From positions 10,044,001-10,108,000 of the forward strand of contig OZ024750.1 in assembly GCA_964016885.1 (NCBI GenBank): a stretch of 64,000 bases of DNA. The letters run 5' to 3'. Shown here piece by piece: positions 24,811 to 39,800 of the stretch. Both the position numbers and the translations under genes were made by a program. The DNA is from Eledone cirrhosa (lineage: Eukaryota). Each line of letters starts with the position of its first letter. Within the stretch, counting starts at the first letter, position 1. The notes beneath the pieces are model-generated. The model was not told the origin of the DNA and searched no databases. It saw only the letters and a list, made by a program, of their open reading frames with translations.

Positions 24811-27800
24811 CTACAGAAGAAAAGCCACTCAATTCAAAAAAATACTACAGAAAAATACTAAATCCATGATGAGGTCATTCAAATTATATATTTAATGCTA
24901 TATAATAATAATAATAAAAAAACTCACATAAAATCTTTTACCTTATAGAAATAAGGAATAAAAAATATTTTACAGCAGGGATTTAACAAAAATAAAATAA
25001 GATGGAAACCCCCACATAATTTGTGTGGACATAAGTGCTACTCAATGGACTCGATAACTTTGCAGTGCACCTCCACTAAATATTAAACACAGAAAGACAT
25101 TGATGAGTCATTCACACATGCCTCTCATGGTCCACAATTAGTGCTGGAATCATTGGAGACTGGTGAAAACGAGATTGGAAGGATGTTAGCATCTCATCCA
25201 TCCCTTAATGGCGGGAATAAATACAAAAACTATCAAAGGCCATCTATACTTTAAATCAAGGTCTTTGTAGAAATGTTGCTCAATATACCATGTTGTCAGA
25301 TCTAAGAGAACAGGGCAAAATGGGGCCTTTGTTGGTTTCATGTAGGCACTTAACAGGGAACTAGGTAGGCCTGTGAGATTTGGCTGTCTGGAAAAGTCCT
25401 TACAACTAAGTTCCAGCTCTGCATAATTTGATGTTTCTGTGAGAGTAAAACAACTGCTAGTGCCAAAATATTCTATCCACCAGTGATGCTTGAAGTGAGT
25501 GTTCTCATGTTATGTGTTAACAACTGTGTTGTTGTTAGTGCATTCATACAGTCTGATTCAAATATTAGCATCCAAAATCTTGATGCAAGGCAAGTAGCAT
25601 AATCTAATCTAAGTCCAATGTTATCAAAAGATAGAAACAAACCACTTTACTTATCTGGAGAGTATAATCAGTTGTAATAGTTAGAACTAGATTGAAAATA
25701 AACATTAGCTCAATACTCAGAGAAGATATCTGTATTTGGTTTAGAAATATAGTTAAACTGAAAACCAAGAATCAACCAAGTTTTACAATAAATATTTTAA
25801 GAATCCTTATTCAAATAAAAACATCTTATTTCAGACTTGATTGTAATGAGTAAATCAAGCCAGGAGAAATATGTCATAAGCAAGGACTGTTTGAATATTG
25901 ACTGCAAATTGTAACTCATCAAATCCAAGATCATCTATTTTGAATTTCCTAGTTATATGTTGAAGGTTGAAAGAAAAAGTGTTGAATCTATCAGCAGACA
26001 TTAAATACTCAGAAATCAACCTTAGCATTTAGTTTGGGAATGTTTATTAACTATAAAACATCGGTACTCACCAGGTTGTTGCTGCTGCTGTGGTTGTTGA
26101 GCAGCCTGCTGCTGCGTCTGCTGGGGTGCCACTTGCTGTTGAGGCTGTTGCTGTTGAGGTTGTTGTTGTTGGGGCTGCTGTTGAGGTGGCTGTTGTAACT
26201 GGGGTTGTTGGGGTGCTCCTGGACCAGTTGGTTGACCTGGCTGTTGAGGGGCTCCTTGACCTCCTTGCTGGGCCTGGTACTGACCATATTGACCATACTG
26301 TGCATAATACTGAGCATAATAAGCAGCCCATGCAGCTGCATTAGCATCTTGAGCTTGTTTATCTGGAAAAGATACTATATATTAAATGTGGAGTGAGAAG
26401 ATTGTAGATGAAATTGTATCTGGAATCATAAGTTATGAACAAAAAATCTCACAAAACTATTATGGAATCTGTCTCAAAACTCTTCCACTCACTGAGCTCT
26501 CTTCGTCACATAGTATGTCCACATACTATCCAGTATGTCGTCCTTTCCTACAGCAATTGGGCTAGCAACTGTTTAAGAGGAACCATGTTAATCTTACATC
26601 TCTCTGAGCAGTTGTTCCAAGTAAAAAAACCTTCAATACTCGCCTTATAAAATAAGTTATGCAATATTCTATAACTTCCCAACCCATTCATGGCTTATAC
26701 TCCTTTCTTTACATTCTGCTATTCAGTCAACCGTATCACTACTTATGTTATTGACCTCTATTTCTAGAACAACTAAGTTTGAACATAAACACACACAACG
26801 CTTCTATTTCCACTTACACACACAAAATATTAGTGATGGTTATAGAAGACACTTGCCCATATTCTCAGACCCAACCATGTAAATTCAATCATACATGACT
26901 AAGTCATGACTAATCATTTTTATTAACTGCTCTTTGGAGTTAAGTCTCGTTTTCTAAAGAATTACCACTTTAAATAAATAAATAAATAAAAAATAGAAAG
27001 GGCAGTATGCAATTGAAGACTTACTTGGATCAGCTTGTTGCTGTTGCTGTTGGGGATAACCTTGTTGATATGCTGCTCCCCATGCCTGGCCTCCATACGG
27101 CTGCTGCCCAGCTGGTGCTTGTTGGCTGCAGAGGAGTAATTGGGAAAAATATACATATTTATAAAGAAAACAAACATGCTAAAATGTTGAAAATCAATAG
27201 TTAGAATTAATAAATGTACCCACCTTGGTTGAGCATATTGTCCATATTGGTCATACCCAGCTCCAGCTGGAGGTACACCTGGTGCATTAGGTCCAGATGG
27301 GGCCCCAGGAGCACCATGGGGTCCAGCACTTCCAGGCGCTGGAGGAGCCCCAGGAGCGCCTGGTGCCCCAGGTCCAGCTGGTCCATTAGGACCTGGTGGT
27401 GGTGGTTGCTAAAACAGAAACGATTGCTTTTAATAAATATCCTAAAAAATGTCAATATTATTTACAAAATCAGGAGGAGGAAAGAAAAAAAAATGATTTT
27501 CAACAAATCTCCAGCTTACCAAACCTGCTTTTTCACATATCATTTGTATTGCATGCTGGATTTGTTGTGGACTACCTCTCACATTGAAGATTTTTTCATT
27601 GGGATTCGGTGGAGGATGTCGCTGAAGCTCAACATGAGCACCAGACTGCCGTATAATTTCTCGGATTGTTTCTCCACCTAAAAATCAATTTAAACGCATA
27701 AGTTAGTGAAAAGTTATTAAATATTGAAGAAGAATTTTGTTATTTATATCTTAAAGGAGCTTACCTTTGCCAATTACTAAACCACATTTGTCAGCAGGCA

Positions 27801-30800
27801 CCGCATATGTAGTTTCATCTTGAAAATTTGGATCAAAGCCACGTCCCATTCCTCTACCGCCAGGACCATTTGGACCAGGAGGACCGGTCATATTATTAAA
27901 AGGGCCACCACCTCTACCACGACCTCTACCTCGGCCCATAGGAAATCCACGACCAATGCCACCTTGTTGCTGAAAAGTATAATAATAAAGTGAATAAAAT
28001 TTAGTGAAATCAATTTAGACAAATCATGTTATACAAAATGGAGTGAGTTAATAACATTAAACAATGGTTTCTGATTTATGTAATGAAAATGCCACAAATC
28101 ATTGGGACAATATTCTAAGATGCAGGTTCTGAAGAAAAAACACTATCAAAATTTTCCTTATTAATGCTACTAAAATAACTTGCAATCCCATGTTTATGAG
28201 ACCCCCACCATTCAGTCAAATCTTAAACACTTTTGATAATTCTGAAACCAGCGTTCCATAATAGAAAACCACATTCCAATGTGATTATGTGTTTATATTT
28301 AAACTAATAATCTCCATACATTTAAAGATGTTCTAAATTCTAGGTTAATAATGAAATTTACCGAAATAGATTCATTGAATATGTAATTATGAAAGGGTAC
28401 TATTAGTTTATATTGTATTTCACAACTTTAACCATAAAACCTGAATACTCAATACTGTAAATTCTGACAGAGTAGTACAGTGGTTTGCAAAGAACTATAA
28501 ACTAAAACATTATAGGAAGCAACAGAATATAAACATTACAGTTAGAAAGTTTCTGTGTAATTATATATACTAATAAATGTCTAAATATTTCCTTCATGTA
28601 CAGTACAATGTACAAAAATCAAGGTGCCCTAGAAATGTGATGGTGTGGGGATCATTCATTAGTTTGAGAAAAAAAGAGTGCAATGTTAAAATTTCTTGAA
28701 AGAAACAAGTGACATTTAATTTTAAAAACAAAGAGGATAAAATGCATCTAGTACACTGTCAAGTGGTTGGTGTTTAGAGACAATACAGGTTGGAGAGAAT
28801 AATCTCTCTGGTGCCACAATAAAATGCACTCAGTACACACTGTGAAGTGATTGGTGTTAGGAAAGGCATCCTGCCTTATAAATGAAATCATGCCTAATAT
28901 GGAATGAGCAAGACAGTTCTCTGACCAGCCTCAGACTGTGACAACCTGTCCAACCCATGCCAGTATGAAAAGCAGACGTAAAATAATGATGATGATGACA
29001 TGTGCGATATAGAGATATTGATTGTTCATCAGGTATGTTTATAATGTTACAAAATTTTAAAAACCATTTAAAACCTTACATTTGCATTTCCTAGTATTTC
29101 GCTGATCATATTTGCAGCCTGTTGAACCTTATCTGGAGGCCCCATTATAGTCAATAACCTCTCAGGAGACGCCCCGTCATCTGGAGAAATTTTAAAAACA
29201 ACAAGCTCAATATACATCATTTGCTAAGAACTAGTGAGTGTATAGTATGAAAGTAAAAGGATGGGTAATATGCCACTAACAGTTTCTTAAATAATTTCAC
29301 ATGGGCAGTAAAAATATCCAACATTTGATAGTCTCATCTTTAGTACTGAAATACCTTTTAGTTAAAATCATCATCAGCTAATCTTATGTTTTCAATTGAG
29401 ATCTTTCAACAAACAACCATATTTTTATTAGAAAGGCAATTCCCATTATATAATTAATTTAAAACATCATTAGTAACATTAAAGAACTATTCCGCTACAT
29501 CTCTCACCACCCCACCCCCCTAAAAATCAGTCATCCACTTATCCACCAACCACCCATCTACAGAATGACACAGCCCTGGAACCTTTCTGCTTAATTTTTA
29601 CAGATTTGAGGGCTTGTGGAGACCAAACATCATTGCCCAATGTTTCCTGAAATAGGTTCCAAAAGATAAAAAGTCTTAATAAAATTCTCTAAAACAATTT
29701 TTGTTTCATATCTTATTAAGATTAGGGTGGTCTGTAAAGTACATTGAGTTAGATGATCTTTGACAAATCCTATAGTCCCATGACAAGATAGTTTGTAATA
29801 TATGAGTTACATGATTGTTGAAAACTCCTATAGTCCCATGACAGAATAAGATAGGTAACAACTGCTCCAGATCCAACCAGAAAAAAAATCAATGTTTATG
29901 AATGATATGTCATTTTTTAGACATAAATGAAAAACAAACCTGCTTTAAATTGCAATCGAACACCAGTCTCATTCTGTACACGTTTTATAGTCTCCCCACT
30001 CTTTCCTATCACAATACCCACAGCAGGTCTCGGAACAGGAAACTGAAAACAAAAAATTTTTAATAAAAATAACAGCCAGTGAAAGGCAAAGATTTTACTA
30101 ATACAGCACTGTTTTATACAATCCATTAACTAGTTTCAGTCTCTGCTGGAGCCCTGCTTTCCAATATTTCTGCTGATCATATCAACCCCTAATACTTATT
30201 CCAGCCTGCGACTTATTACTATTAGACTATTTGTCGAATTACCAAGACGGCACAACCAAATTTTTATAAGAAGAACCCTATAAAAGACAGAGTGGAAATG
30301 AACCTAGAAATGTGGTAAAAAAACCAAACTTGTTAACCACAGCCATACCTGTGCCTAACACTGCACAATTTATTATAATTTCTAATAATACAAAATTAGA
30401 ATGAGCCATTCTAGTTGATAAAATTCCAGAAATGCACTTATCAATATACCTTCATTGTAACACAAACAAATTTGTCAAAAACTAATACATCATCATTATT
30501 GTCTTTACACTTTTTTCCATACTGACATGGGCTGGAGACTTGTTCTTCCAAGAACGCTCATCCCTATGACAAGTCTCAACTGTTTTAAAAGTACGGTACA
30601 GATCTTCACATCTCTAACTGCTCAGCCGTGGGACTTCTATTTATGTAGAACATAAACATCTCAACCTGTACTAGCGATATCAAAGAAACAAAGACAAAGA
30701 CACACATGACCGGCTTCATAACAATTTCTGTTTACCAAATTCACCAGAAAGTCATTGGTCATAATTACTATTAATTGTTTATCAATATAAACCAACAGAT

Positions 30801-33800
30801 ATTGAAATTCTGAGATAGCATAATCAGATGCTATCATTTATCATTGAGTCCAGATCAAGAAATATCACTGCACTCTAATATATAATATAATGTACATAAC
30901 AAAAATGCTTTCTGAGATCTTATTACATGTATATCATGATTGCAACAGTCTTTCATCATCATCATCATCATCATCATCATATCATCACCACCACCACCAC
31001 CACCACCACCATCATCATCATTTTAGGTCCACGTTTCATATTAATATGGGTTTTCATGGCCAGAGAAAAACTAGTCCAAGAGACCTCATCTTGCTCATGT
31101 TCCATGGTTTCTATGGCTAGATGCCATTTCTAACACCAACGTTTTACAGAGTGTACAAAGTGCATTTATCCATGGAACCAACATTATTGTTTTTATAAAT
31201 CATATTAGTTATAGAAATAAGGAAAATAGGTTTGAAAAATGTATTTTTCCTGCTGTATTTCCAGTAATGAAAATACACCAATGGCCAGATAATGTCCAAG
31301 AAAACCTGTAAAAAATTGTTTTAACAATAAGCAGAATAGGCTAAGATAAACTTTAAGAAGGTGATGTAAACTTTTCAAGTCACAACAGATGCAACCCATT
31401 TAGGAAAAAAATCCCAAATATAAACTGATACACAGCAAAGACTTCAGTTTTGTTGCATGATGAAATGACATCCACAATGGACAATGGATGGTGACTTTTT
31501 GTTTCTTAATTACTGTTTAGTTAGGGAAGAAAGAGCAGTAGCCGCCAACAGGAAATGCGGCATGCTCGCAACAGAATGGGTTCTGCTAAAAGCCTCCAAG
31601 GGCCAGGCAACATGAGGGACATCAGACAATCTACCAGTAAAAATCATGTAGAAAATGAAAAATAAAAAAAAGCAAGAATGATGCCTGGTTTTTTGCTATT
31701 GTCTGTGCCATATGACCCAGGAGTGAAACAAAGGTTGAGACACTGCATAACTGGTGTCAACTCTAATATAGAAAAGCAAGGGCAAAATGAAAATGAGAAA
31801 TTAACAGATCGTTTTGAACATATCAATAAATATCTTGATAAATGAGTTAAGTTAATTTTTAGTTTGTTTTGTTCTTTTTTTTTTCTTTTCTTAAATTCTT
31901 GTAAATATTTATAATTTATGCTGCTTGTATTTTTCTGATTTTTTTTGATTTTTTTTTTTATATATATATATATATTGCTTGCAGAGTTTAAAGAAAGAAA
32001 TTAAGGAACTATTTCACTTACGTCCATTCCACTGCCACCTGAAGCAGCTGCTCTAACACCACCTCCACCACCACCGCCGCCGCCGCCGCCACCACCGCCG
32101 CCACCTCCTCCGCCACCATTATTACCACCAACAGCAGAACCATATTCATTCGTCTATAGTGAATACAAAACAAAAACAGCACTTAGTGAGACAGGCAGAG
32201 AGAATATATATAGCAAAGATGACGATATTAAAAACTTGTTAAAAATCGCTAACAAAAACCTAGCATTACAGGATAGTTTTTTATGTATTATTTATTACCA
32301 TTTTGTCACAATTTGATTAAATTTACACGTTACCACAGAAACTTCTTCACTAACCATTGTAGGTTATTTTCCTGAATTACCTGGAGGTATGTGTGACTTA
32401 TTATAGCTGATATATCAACCACTATACAATGGTTTCATTTTGTTCTATATTTACTATTTTGTCCGGAGAAAAAGGCAGTGTCCACCAACATTTTCAGAAA
32501 TCATGGGGCTGTTGGGAAATAGAAAAGTAACCACAAATCGAACACCTGATCTAAATACTTGCAACATTGTAGAATCTGCTAAAAGCAGATGGTGGTGTTA
32601 AACTGGGTGCCGGGGTAAGTACACCGCTTAAGTGGGATTTGAACCCAAATTGCTGAAGCATATATATATATCACAATTCCACCACTATGGAATGATGCTT
32701 TATTTTATCTATTAATGAAAGGCTAAGAACACCAGTTGGGTTCAGAACAAATACTACAAGGCATTTGTTTTTTATTCAAATGACTGTCAATAAATGAAAA
32801 TAGCACAGTATACTTTTTAAAAAAATGTTTAAGACACAAAAACCTCCTAGGGCTAAATTATGGTATTAAGTGTAAATGGTGAACTTTTACCAGTGATCAT
32901 TATATGTGTCAGCTTGATTCAGATGACTTTAGTTAAATATTCTATAACTTTAGAAAAATATAAAAATAGGCAAAATGAAATAAAATTTCTAACTTACCAT
33001 TGTACCATCTTTATCTGCCAATAATTGCATCACCATATCCCTGGCTCTCTGAAATATACAAGAATCAATATTTGAAACAATTGAAAGCAAACCAAAGCAA
33101 CAATTTTTTGACATTAAGTGAAATTCCAACAACTTACCCCACACCTTGAAGGCTCTCCAGTAATGCGTAATGGCTTGTCGTGTGCACTGGGTAGATTACT
33201 GTCCTGAATCATCACCATTTTAACATTAGCCTGATCCTATAACAGCGTGATTATTAAAAACATTCAATGAGATGAAATCATAATACAGATTTCTAAGTAT
33301 TTAGAAATGTTCACACTTTTTCAAAACATTTTGTATGTCGGTTTTGTTGCTCAAAAAGGATTTTCAGTTTGGGTACAATAAAACATAGGTTCAAATCACA
33401 GTAGAGTCTAAATATCTGTCAGGCATAAGCATGGCTGTGTGGTAACAATACCCTCAGCATCTGTGTGGTTTTGGAGTCTAACATACTGCACTGCATTAAG
33501 AGTGCCTTCAACTATAGCCTCAGTTTGACCATTGCATTAAATGTATTTGGTGAGTGAAGACTGTTAGGAATCCTGCTATTTCTCATATATACATATAAAA
33601 TCAACAGATGCTATAGGTTTATGTCCTACAACTCAGTGGTTAGATGTGAAAACCTCACTTCAAAACAAGAAAGGAAGGGCATCTAACCATAGACAGCATG
33701 CCAAAAATGAAATGTATGAGCAAGACATGGTTATTTGACTAGTCTTGTCATTGATTGAAGATCATTCCAACCGATGCCAGCAAGGAGAACAGACATAAAA

Positions 33801-36800
33801 TGAAATGAATCTATGTACCCGGAACATTTGAAAGTAAAATAGGGGGAGGGGTCCCATCCATGCCTCCATGGGAAAAAGGGTGATGTTAATAGCCACATGA
33901 AATAATATATTCAGAAACTTTGTTACAAAGTTACTAAACTTGTGAGATACACAGCTATATGACCTGTTCCTAACATGGATTCCAAATAAAAGTGAGAACT
34001 AGGTTTAGAGATTCAGTTATTAGATACAAAAACAGTAAATCTAAACTAATCCTGTATGTTAACTGTAGCAGTAATATTATCTATATATAACTTTTACTTT
34101 CAACATTATTTCTTTGTTATTCCCCAAACACCCTACTCTGATTTATTTAACCCCCACCCCACCCCACACACAAAATTCTGCTCTGGTAGTTTGTTTACTT
34201 TCTAATAATAGAACAAAAATAATAACTTACTTGTAACTGGCGTATTGTTTCACCACCCTTGCCGATGATTAAACCAACTTTATTGCCTGGAATCAACATT
34301 TCAATAACATTCTGACCTTCAGGGACAGTAGTCTGATCTAAAGGCAGTGTTGCACTCTGTGCTTTGTCAACAATTTTTTGCATTTGCTGTTTACAGGCAC
34401 TGAATAGAAGAAAAAAAAACACAAACTATTAGTTATACTGTTCAATACATCATAAACTGTTTGTCTGTCTGTTAGAATATTTAGTATATTTGATCCAGCT
34501 CACAACTATGTATTGTGGAGTTATTGGTATTGACATTTACAAGTTTTTCTTTTTTGAAGAGCTAGTGTAGATAAAATGTGCTCAGAATACTTTAGGAAGA
34601 GCATAGAGCTCTAGAAACCATGGCAAAATGTGACATATCTGAAGGAGATTGACCCACCAAGGAGGACAGTAGAACCAATTAAATACTGGCTTGGTTTGTA
34701 AATAACTTCTATGACACAGTATTGTATCTTGAACTGCACAAATGGTACTATTTTTTATATTTGTTTTAAACGAAGTGAGGTATTCTCTAATATATGAATA
34801 AAATCTGTGATCCCTTCCACTACCCTTCATTTTGGATATGGACATAATACAGTCGTGTAAATGTATATCTTTTCTAGGTGTAAATTGAAGATAAAATGAA
34901 ATATATTAAGTCTAATACCTTATTGCAGATGGTGCACCTGTCAAAGAACAGACTCTGTCTGGCAATCCTCCACTATCTGAAAATTACAGAAATAATTATA
35001 AAAATACAAGCTTTTCTTAAGTTTATAAAAGAAAAGATGGTGCAGGTTATCTTCTTTACGTATATTATTTTTAAAGAGACGGCACATCAACATACAAACA
35101 TGTACAAAACATTGTTTTAGTTCCATGTGTATTTTACACATTCTTCTTCATAAAAAAGCGTAACTATTTAAACTTGTGCCAAATAATACTGAAATTTAAA
35201 AATAAACAATCATAATACAACTGTCTTTGGAAAGGGAAAAATATTCCATTTTAGCTATCCGAAATCTACAAACTGAAAATTTCGTTAACTATTAACTGAA
35301 GATTGTTCATTAGTAGTACATAATCATTTAATATCTCCTACAAGTGACTTTCATTAAAAATTAAGAAATTTTGTTAGAAGTTGACAATTTTCATTCACTT
35401 TTCAATACAATCGTAAACATATATGTAACAATTTGCCACTAAAAGAATATGCAAACTAACTTAAAGGAAAAAATCCTAGATCATATAATCAACATAGAAA
35501 ACATTTACATATGAAAACATGTATTAAGAAAAACACTGAATAGCATATTTGGTAACATGGCATAAAGAAGGCTCTGAAAAAGAATTACTGGGAGAGAAAA
35601 GATACCATCGCACAAGTATTCATCAAATCAAAACTATATTAAAATTTCTAAATTACTAATTCTATGTACAGAGTTGTCAGAAAAAAATCCCAAGTAAATT
35701 ACATATATACTACATTCCTACACTTTTAATAAGATGTCTGCAATATTTTTTTAGACTAACCCTAAAACCAGATATTAATTCATTAATTTGATTTCCCCAT
35801 TTGATGAAACATCTTCAAGGAAAGACCATTCCATATTTTTCCTGGTTCTTTAAAAAAAAGGCAGATGTATCAACACCATTGATATTTTTTAAAAAACTCA
35901 TTTCAGATAAGGTAATGGTGAAACAAAAAACAAGCCATGGTCTATCTGTTCCAAAAAAGATTGGTTTCATTGACATAGATACCTCATTATTACAGTAATT
36001 CATGCTCTGCATAACAAACTGAATTTCACAGTCACGAGCTAAATTGTACATTTTCTATTTTCAATATTATAAAGGATCAAAGCAATAATTCTGCCTACCA
36101 TAGAGATGTCAAAAGCAGATAACCACAGCAAACTAACTCATGCTTTATAAAACATTTCAAATTACATTTAAAAATACAAAAGGCTATTCTTTTTTCAAAC
36201 CCCAATATTTAAGCCAAAATTGTTTTTACCAGATGCTTTCTTTTAGCTGAGATTTTTATATTTTTGAATACCTTAGTACTCAAAAATTGCTTTTTACCTG
36301 CATATAAAAGTTGGTTATTTTTATTTGTGTGTTCGTGGTTTCTCTGAAATGCTCTGCACACCTGGAATTCAAAAATGAATTCACACCCCATATGATGAAT
36401 GGAAACCTGGCTAGGTCGATACAAATTTAGATATTGCAAAGTAATTTTGTTTTGAAAAAAAAAATTCTATCAAATATTTAAAATAACAAAGTAAGATTAT
36501 GACCCAAAACTGTTCAAAATATATTCAGAAGGCTGAATGGTGAGAAGATACTCTACTATCATGGCAGGGATCAATCAGGCACACCAAAAAAAGCGTAGAC
36601 ACATGCAAACCAGGTTACATACTATGAGACAAGAGGAAAATTACAAGTGACAGTCAAAAGGAGATATTTTACATCAACTGTGTAGCCAAAAGATACCAAA
36701 ATTATATCTCATCGCATAAATTTAGTTCAAAGTCCACACGTAACTCAACAATAATAGAGTTACAGTAAATTCTATATTCCTTACATCAGATATTAATATA

Positions 36801-39800
36801 TATAACAGCACCACATATATATGACATTACACTTTATTTATGCAGCTCTCACCATAGCAGCCAAATATCCTCATATCATATGCTACCATCTCAAAAAAAA
36901 AAAAAAAAAAAAAAAAAAAGACATTCGATAAGGCTGTCCTGGATTGCCTAAGCATGGAAAAGATGGATGGAACAGTCATTGTTTACTCATAGGCCTGATC
37001 AATCTAATCTCTGAGCTGAAGACCACCTTCATTTAAAGTCAACTGATAAACTGTAGATTTATTATAGAGGTAATAGATCAAGACTTCATCTTCATTGCAT
37101 TGTTTTGGATATCATTCTTCAAGTACACATTAACCTAAATATGATATTGTATTGGCTTAGAGGGGGCTGTACTTGTCCTGCGAAAGCCCTGTAATGCCAA
37201 TGAGATTCATGCAGTTAGCCATAAGCTTAAACTGTTGCAAGATAATGGTGGGGAGAAAAGATTAGTTAGTGAAGGAGAGTGGACACAATATAAAAGATCA
37301 ACAGAGGCCACTGTAGTACCAGTAGAAAAAGGGGAGGAGGAGTAAGCATTTCTGTAGGTGGCATGTTGGTAAAAAATGTCATGCTAATTTGGATGCAGTG
37401 TGTGTGTGTATAGCAGCAGGACTATCCCAGGTGAGGGAGCAGTGGGGCTGCCTTGAACATTTGAATAGCGGCAATAATTGATGGGAGTATCTCAAGAGAA
37501 AGAGTAATCTTCAGTAAGTATGCATTCACCAAGAGATTCTTAGTAATGTGAAGTGATGATAGAGCCTCTAGCAATGTGCTGTCATGCAGAAAATGGCACT
37601 ATTTCCTTCCTAATATTGTTTGTCTAGTGATTGTCATTTTGCTGTTGAAAGGGGCAGTTCTGGCAGGAGATTCAAATGGTGACTCTAGAGGCATGGAAAA
37701 TAATTTAAAGAGATTTCTTTAGTTTATGTAGTATGAAGTAGGATGCAAAATGACAATTATGGGACCTTTTCTCTTTAGAGAACCAATCATATCTGAGCAG
37801 TGAAGAAAAGGCAGAACCAGCAAAGATAACATGTTTTTAGCAGGGAACCTAAAGGATTGGTTCCAGTAAGCGAGAGCTTTGTAAGCATCCAAGAAACAAG
37901 AGACAATCATGGCTTTCAGGGTTTTTTTTTAGTTTTTTTTATTTATCATTACAAGTGTTGCTGACCACACATGGAGGCTGTTTTAATTATTTCACAATTC
38001 AAACTGAAGTAGAACTATCTAGCTTGCTTGGACAACACAATGACATGGTTAGTATCTGGGCCACTGTGATCTGCAATGGAATTTTACTTTATTTTCTGAT
38101 AGTGCCACAGGTGCTATTGTTATATAGCAATCAAGGTTCCTAATTTGCTTTGCATTTATTTCCAGGGGATAAAATGGAAGAAAAAAATAGCCAACAAATA
38201 TTGACAATAGTATACATATATTTCTGAAATATCCATTTTTATATATTAATCCAACTACCAGCCACATCTTGTGGGAAGGGTGTATCTAGGGTTTCAATTA
38301 GAGCTTAATTCAGTGTTGCTTCCTTACAATATTTCTTAATGCAGAAATATCTGTCATAAATTAAAAATGTTTAATTATCAACATGTTAAGCCAGTATAAT
38401 CTGTAATATAGAGAAATTTATGCCCTGAAAAGAACCTATTCTAATGACTGAAGGTTCGTCCAAACAAACAATTGAAGATGCTAAGAAAAATATTACCATC
38501 GATTATACCAATAAATATTTCTGATGTAGGCATTATTTTATTTTTAAAAAATGGGAAATAATGAAAACAAGGTACCATACATATATAGAAACCAATTAAA
38601 TGATCAGCTCCACACAATATTGAGCACAATTTTACAGGAACAAAGCTGGATCTCACACAAAAGATGCATTAGATTTAATAAAAGGAAAGAAAAAATATTA
38701 CATAAAAATAATTTTACATCTATATGTGCATTTAGTAGATACAATAGAGACACGTATGTTGCATTTATAGCGATGAAAACGTTGCATTTATGGCAAGAAA
38801 AAGATTGCATTTATAGTGATGAAAATAAATTCAACTGCATTTATACTGGACTAAATGCTTTGATAATTCTAATAATCTTGACAAATTCAAAATGTTATGG
38901 ATATATTGAAAGACTTTCTAAAATGGACACCATAGATAAGAGTAAAAAATAAATTTTATTGAAACTGACAAAGATGGTTGAAGGCCCAATCCTGACACAA
39001 TCCAGAAAAAACGACTTATTTTGAGGTACAAAAATTAACCAAACATTTCTATAATGGAAACTATAATTCAACTCAAGAATTTTGTAAAACTGGAAAAACA
39101 GAGATAACAGAAGGAAACATCAAAACCTCAAGCTAATGAATACAGAAAAAAAAAAAAAAAAAAAAAGAGAAAAGACATTTCACTTTTTAAAGAAATAAAT
39201 TCTCATAAGAAAAACCTGCAAATATGCACAACTATAACCAGTGATTACATCAGTCAAACCACCCAACATTTCTTAGTTTTTAATTCGTTTTAAATTGTTA
39301 CAATTTATTTACCATACACACAAAGAAATCATTCTACATACCAACCTCTCACAATCATTAGCATATTATATATTATTCTGATTTAAATTATTGTCATAAC
39401 TTCAAGTAGCATATATTCCATTGTTTAAAAATCTGAAAAGTGTTTATAATATACTATGTATTAAAAAAACATTGGGGAGCAATATTTGATGGCAATTAAT
39501 TCTAACGGAGCTAATAGCATTGCCAATAATATATAGGATTTAAAATTTTGTGCAAATTTATTCAAAGATATTTTTGCCAGAGACAGTTGATACAATACAA
39601 AAAGAAAAAAAAAAAATTGTTTAAAAAAAAGAGAAAAAAATTGATCTGTCTAACTACAATATTACTTTTTAAAATGCAGCAATTTACTTTAAAATTTACA
39701 AAGAAAATCTGTAAATGAAAACGTTATAATTTTGAAATACTTCTTTTAAATACAGTTTTAATTATTAAGGAGACAATTTTAAAACTAATGGTTTTGTAAT

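Noticed and set aside
26051-27681. Alternative-frame and antisense ORFs overlapping FUBP exons 15-18
   Set aside because: They are shadows of the GC-richer, low-complexity true exons.
31590-31660. C/D box snoRNA in intron 11
   Set aside because: A CTGA is present but there is no proper RUGAUGA box C at a suitable distance with a terminal stem.
37140-37920. Possible ancient transposon coding remnants (also about 25000-25620, 48960-49470 and 54200-54560)
   Set aside because: Composition differs from the flanks, but I could not recover diagnostic motifs by eye. A RepeatMasker or tBLASTn search is needed.
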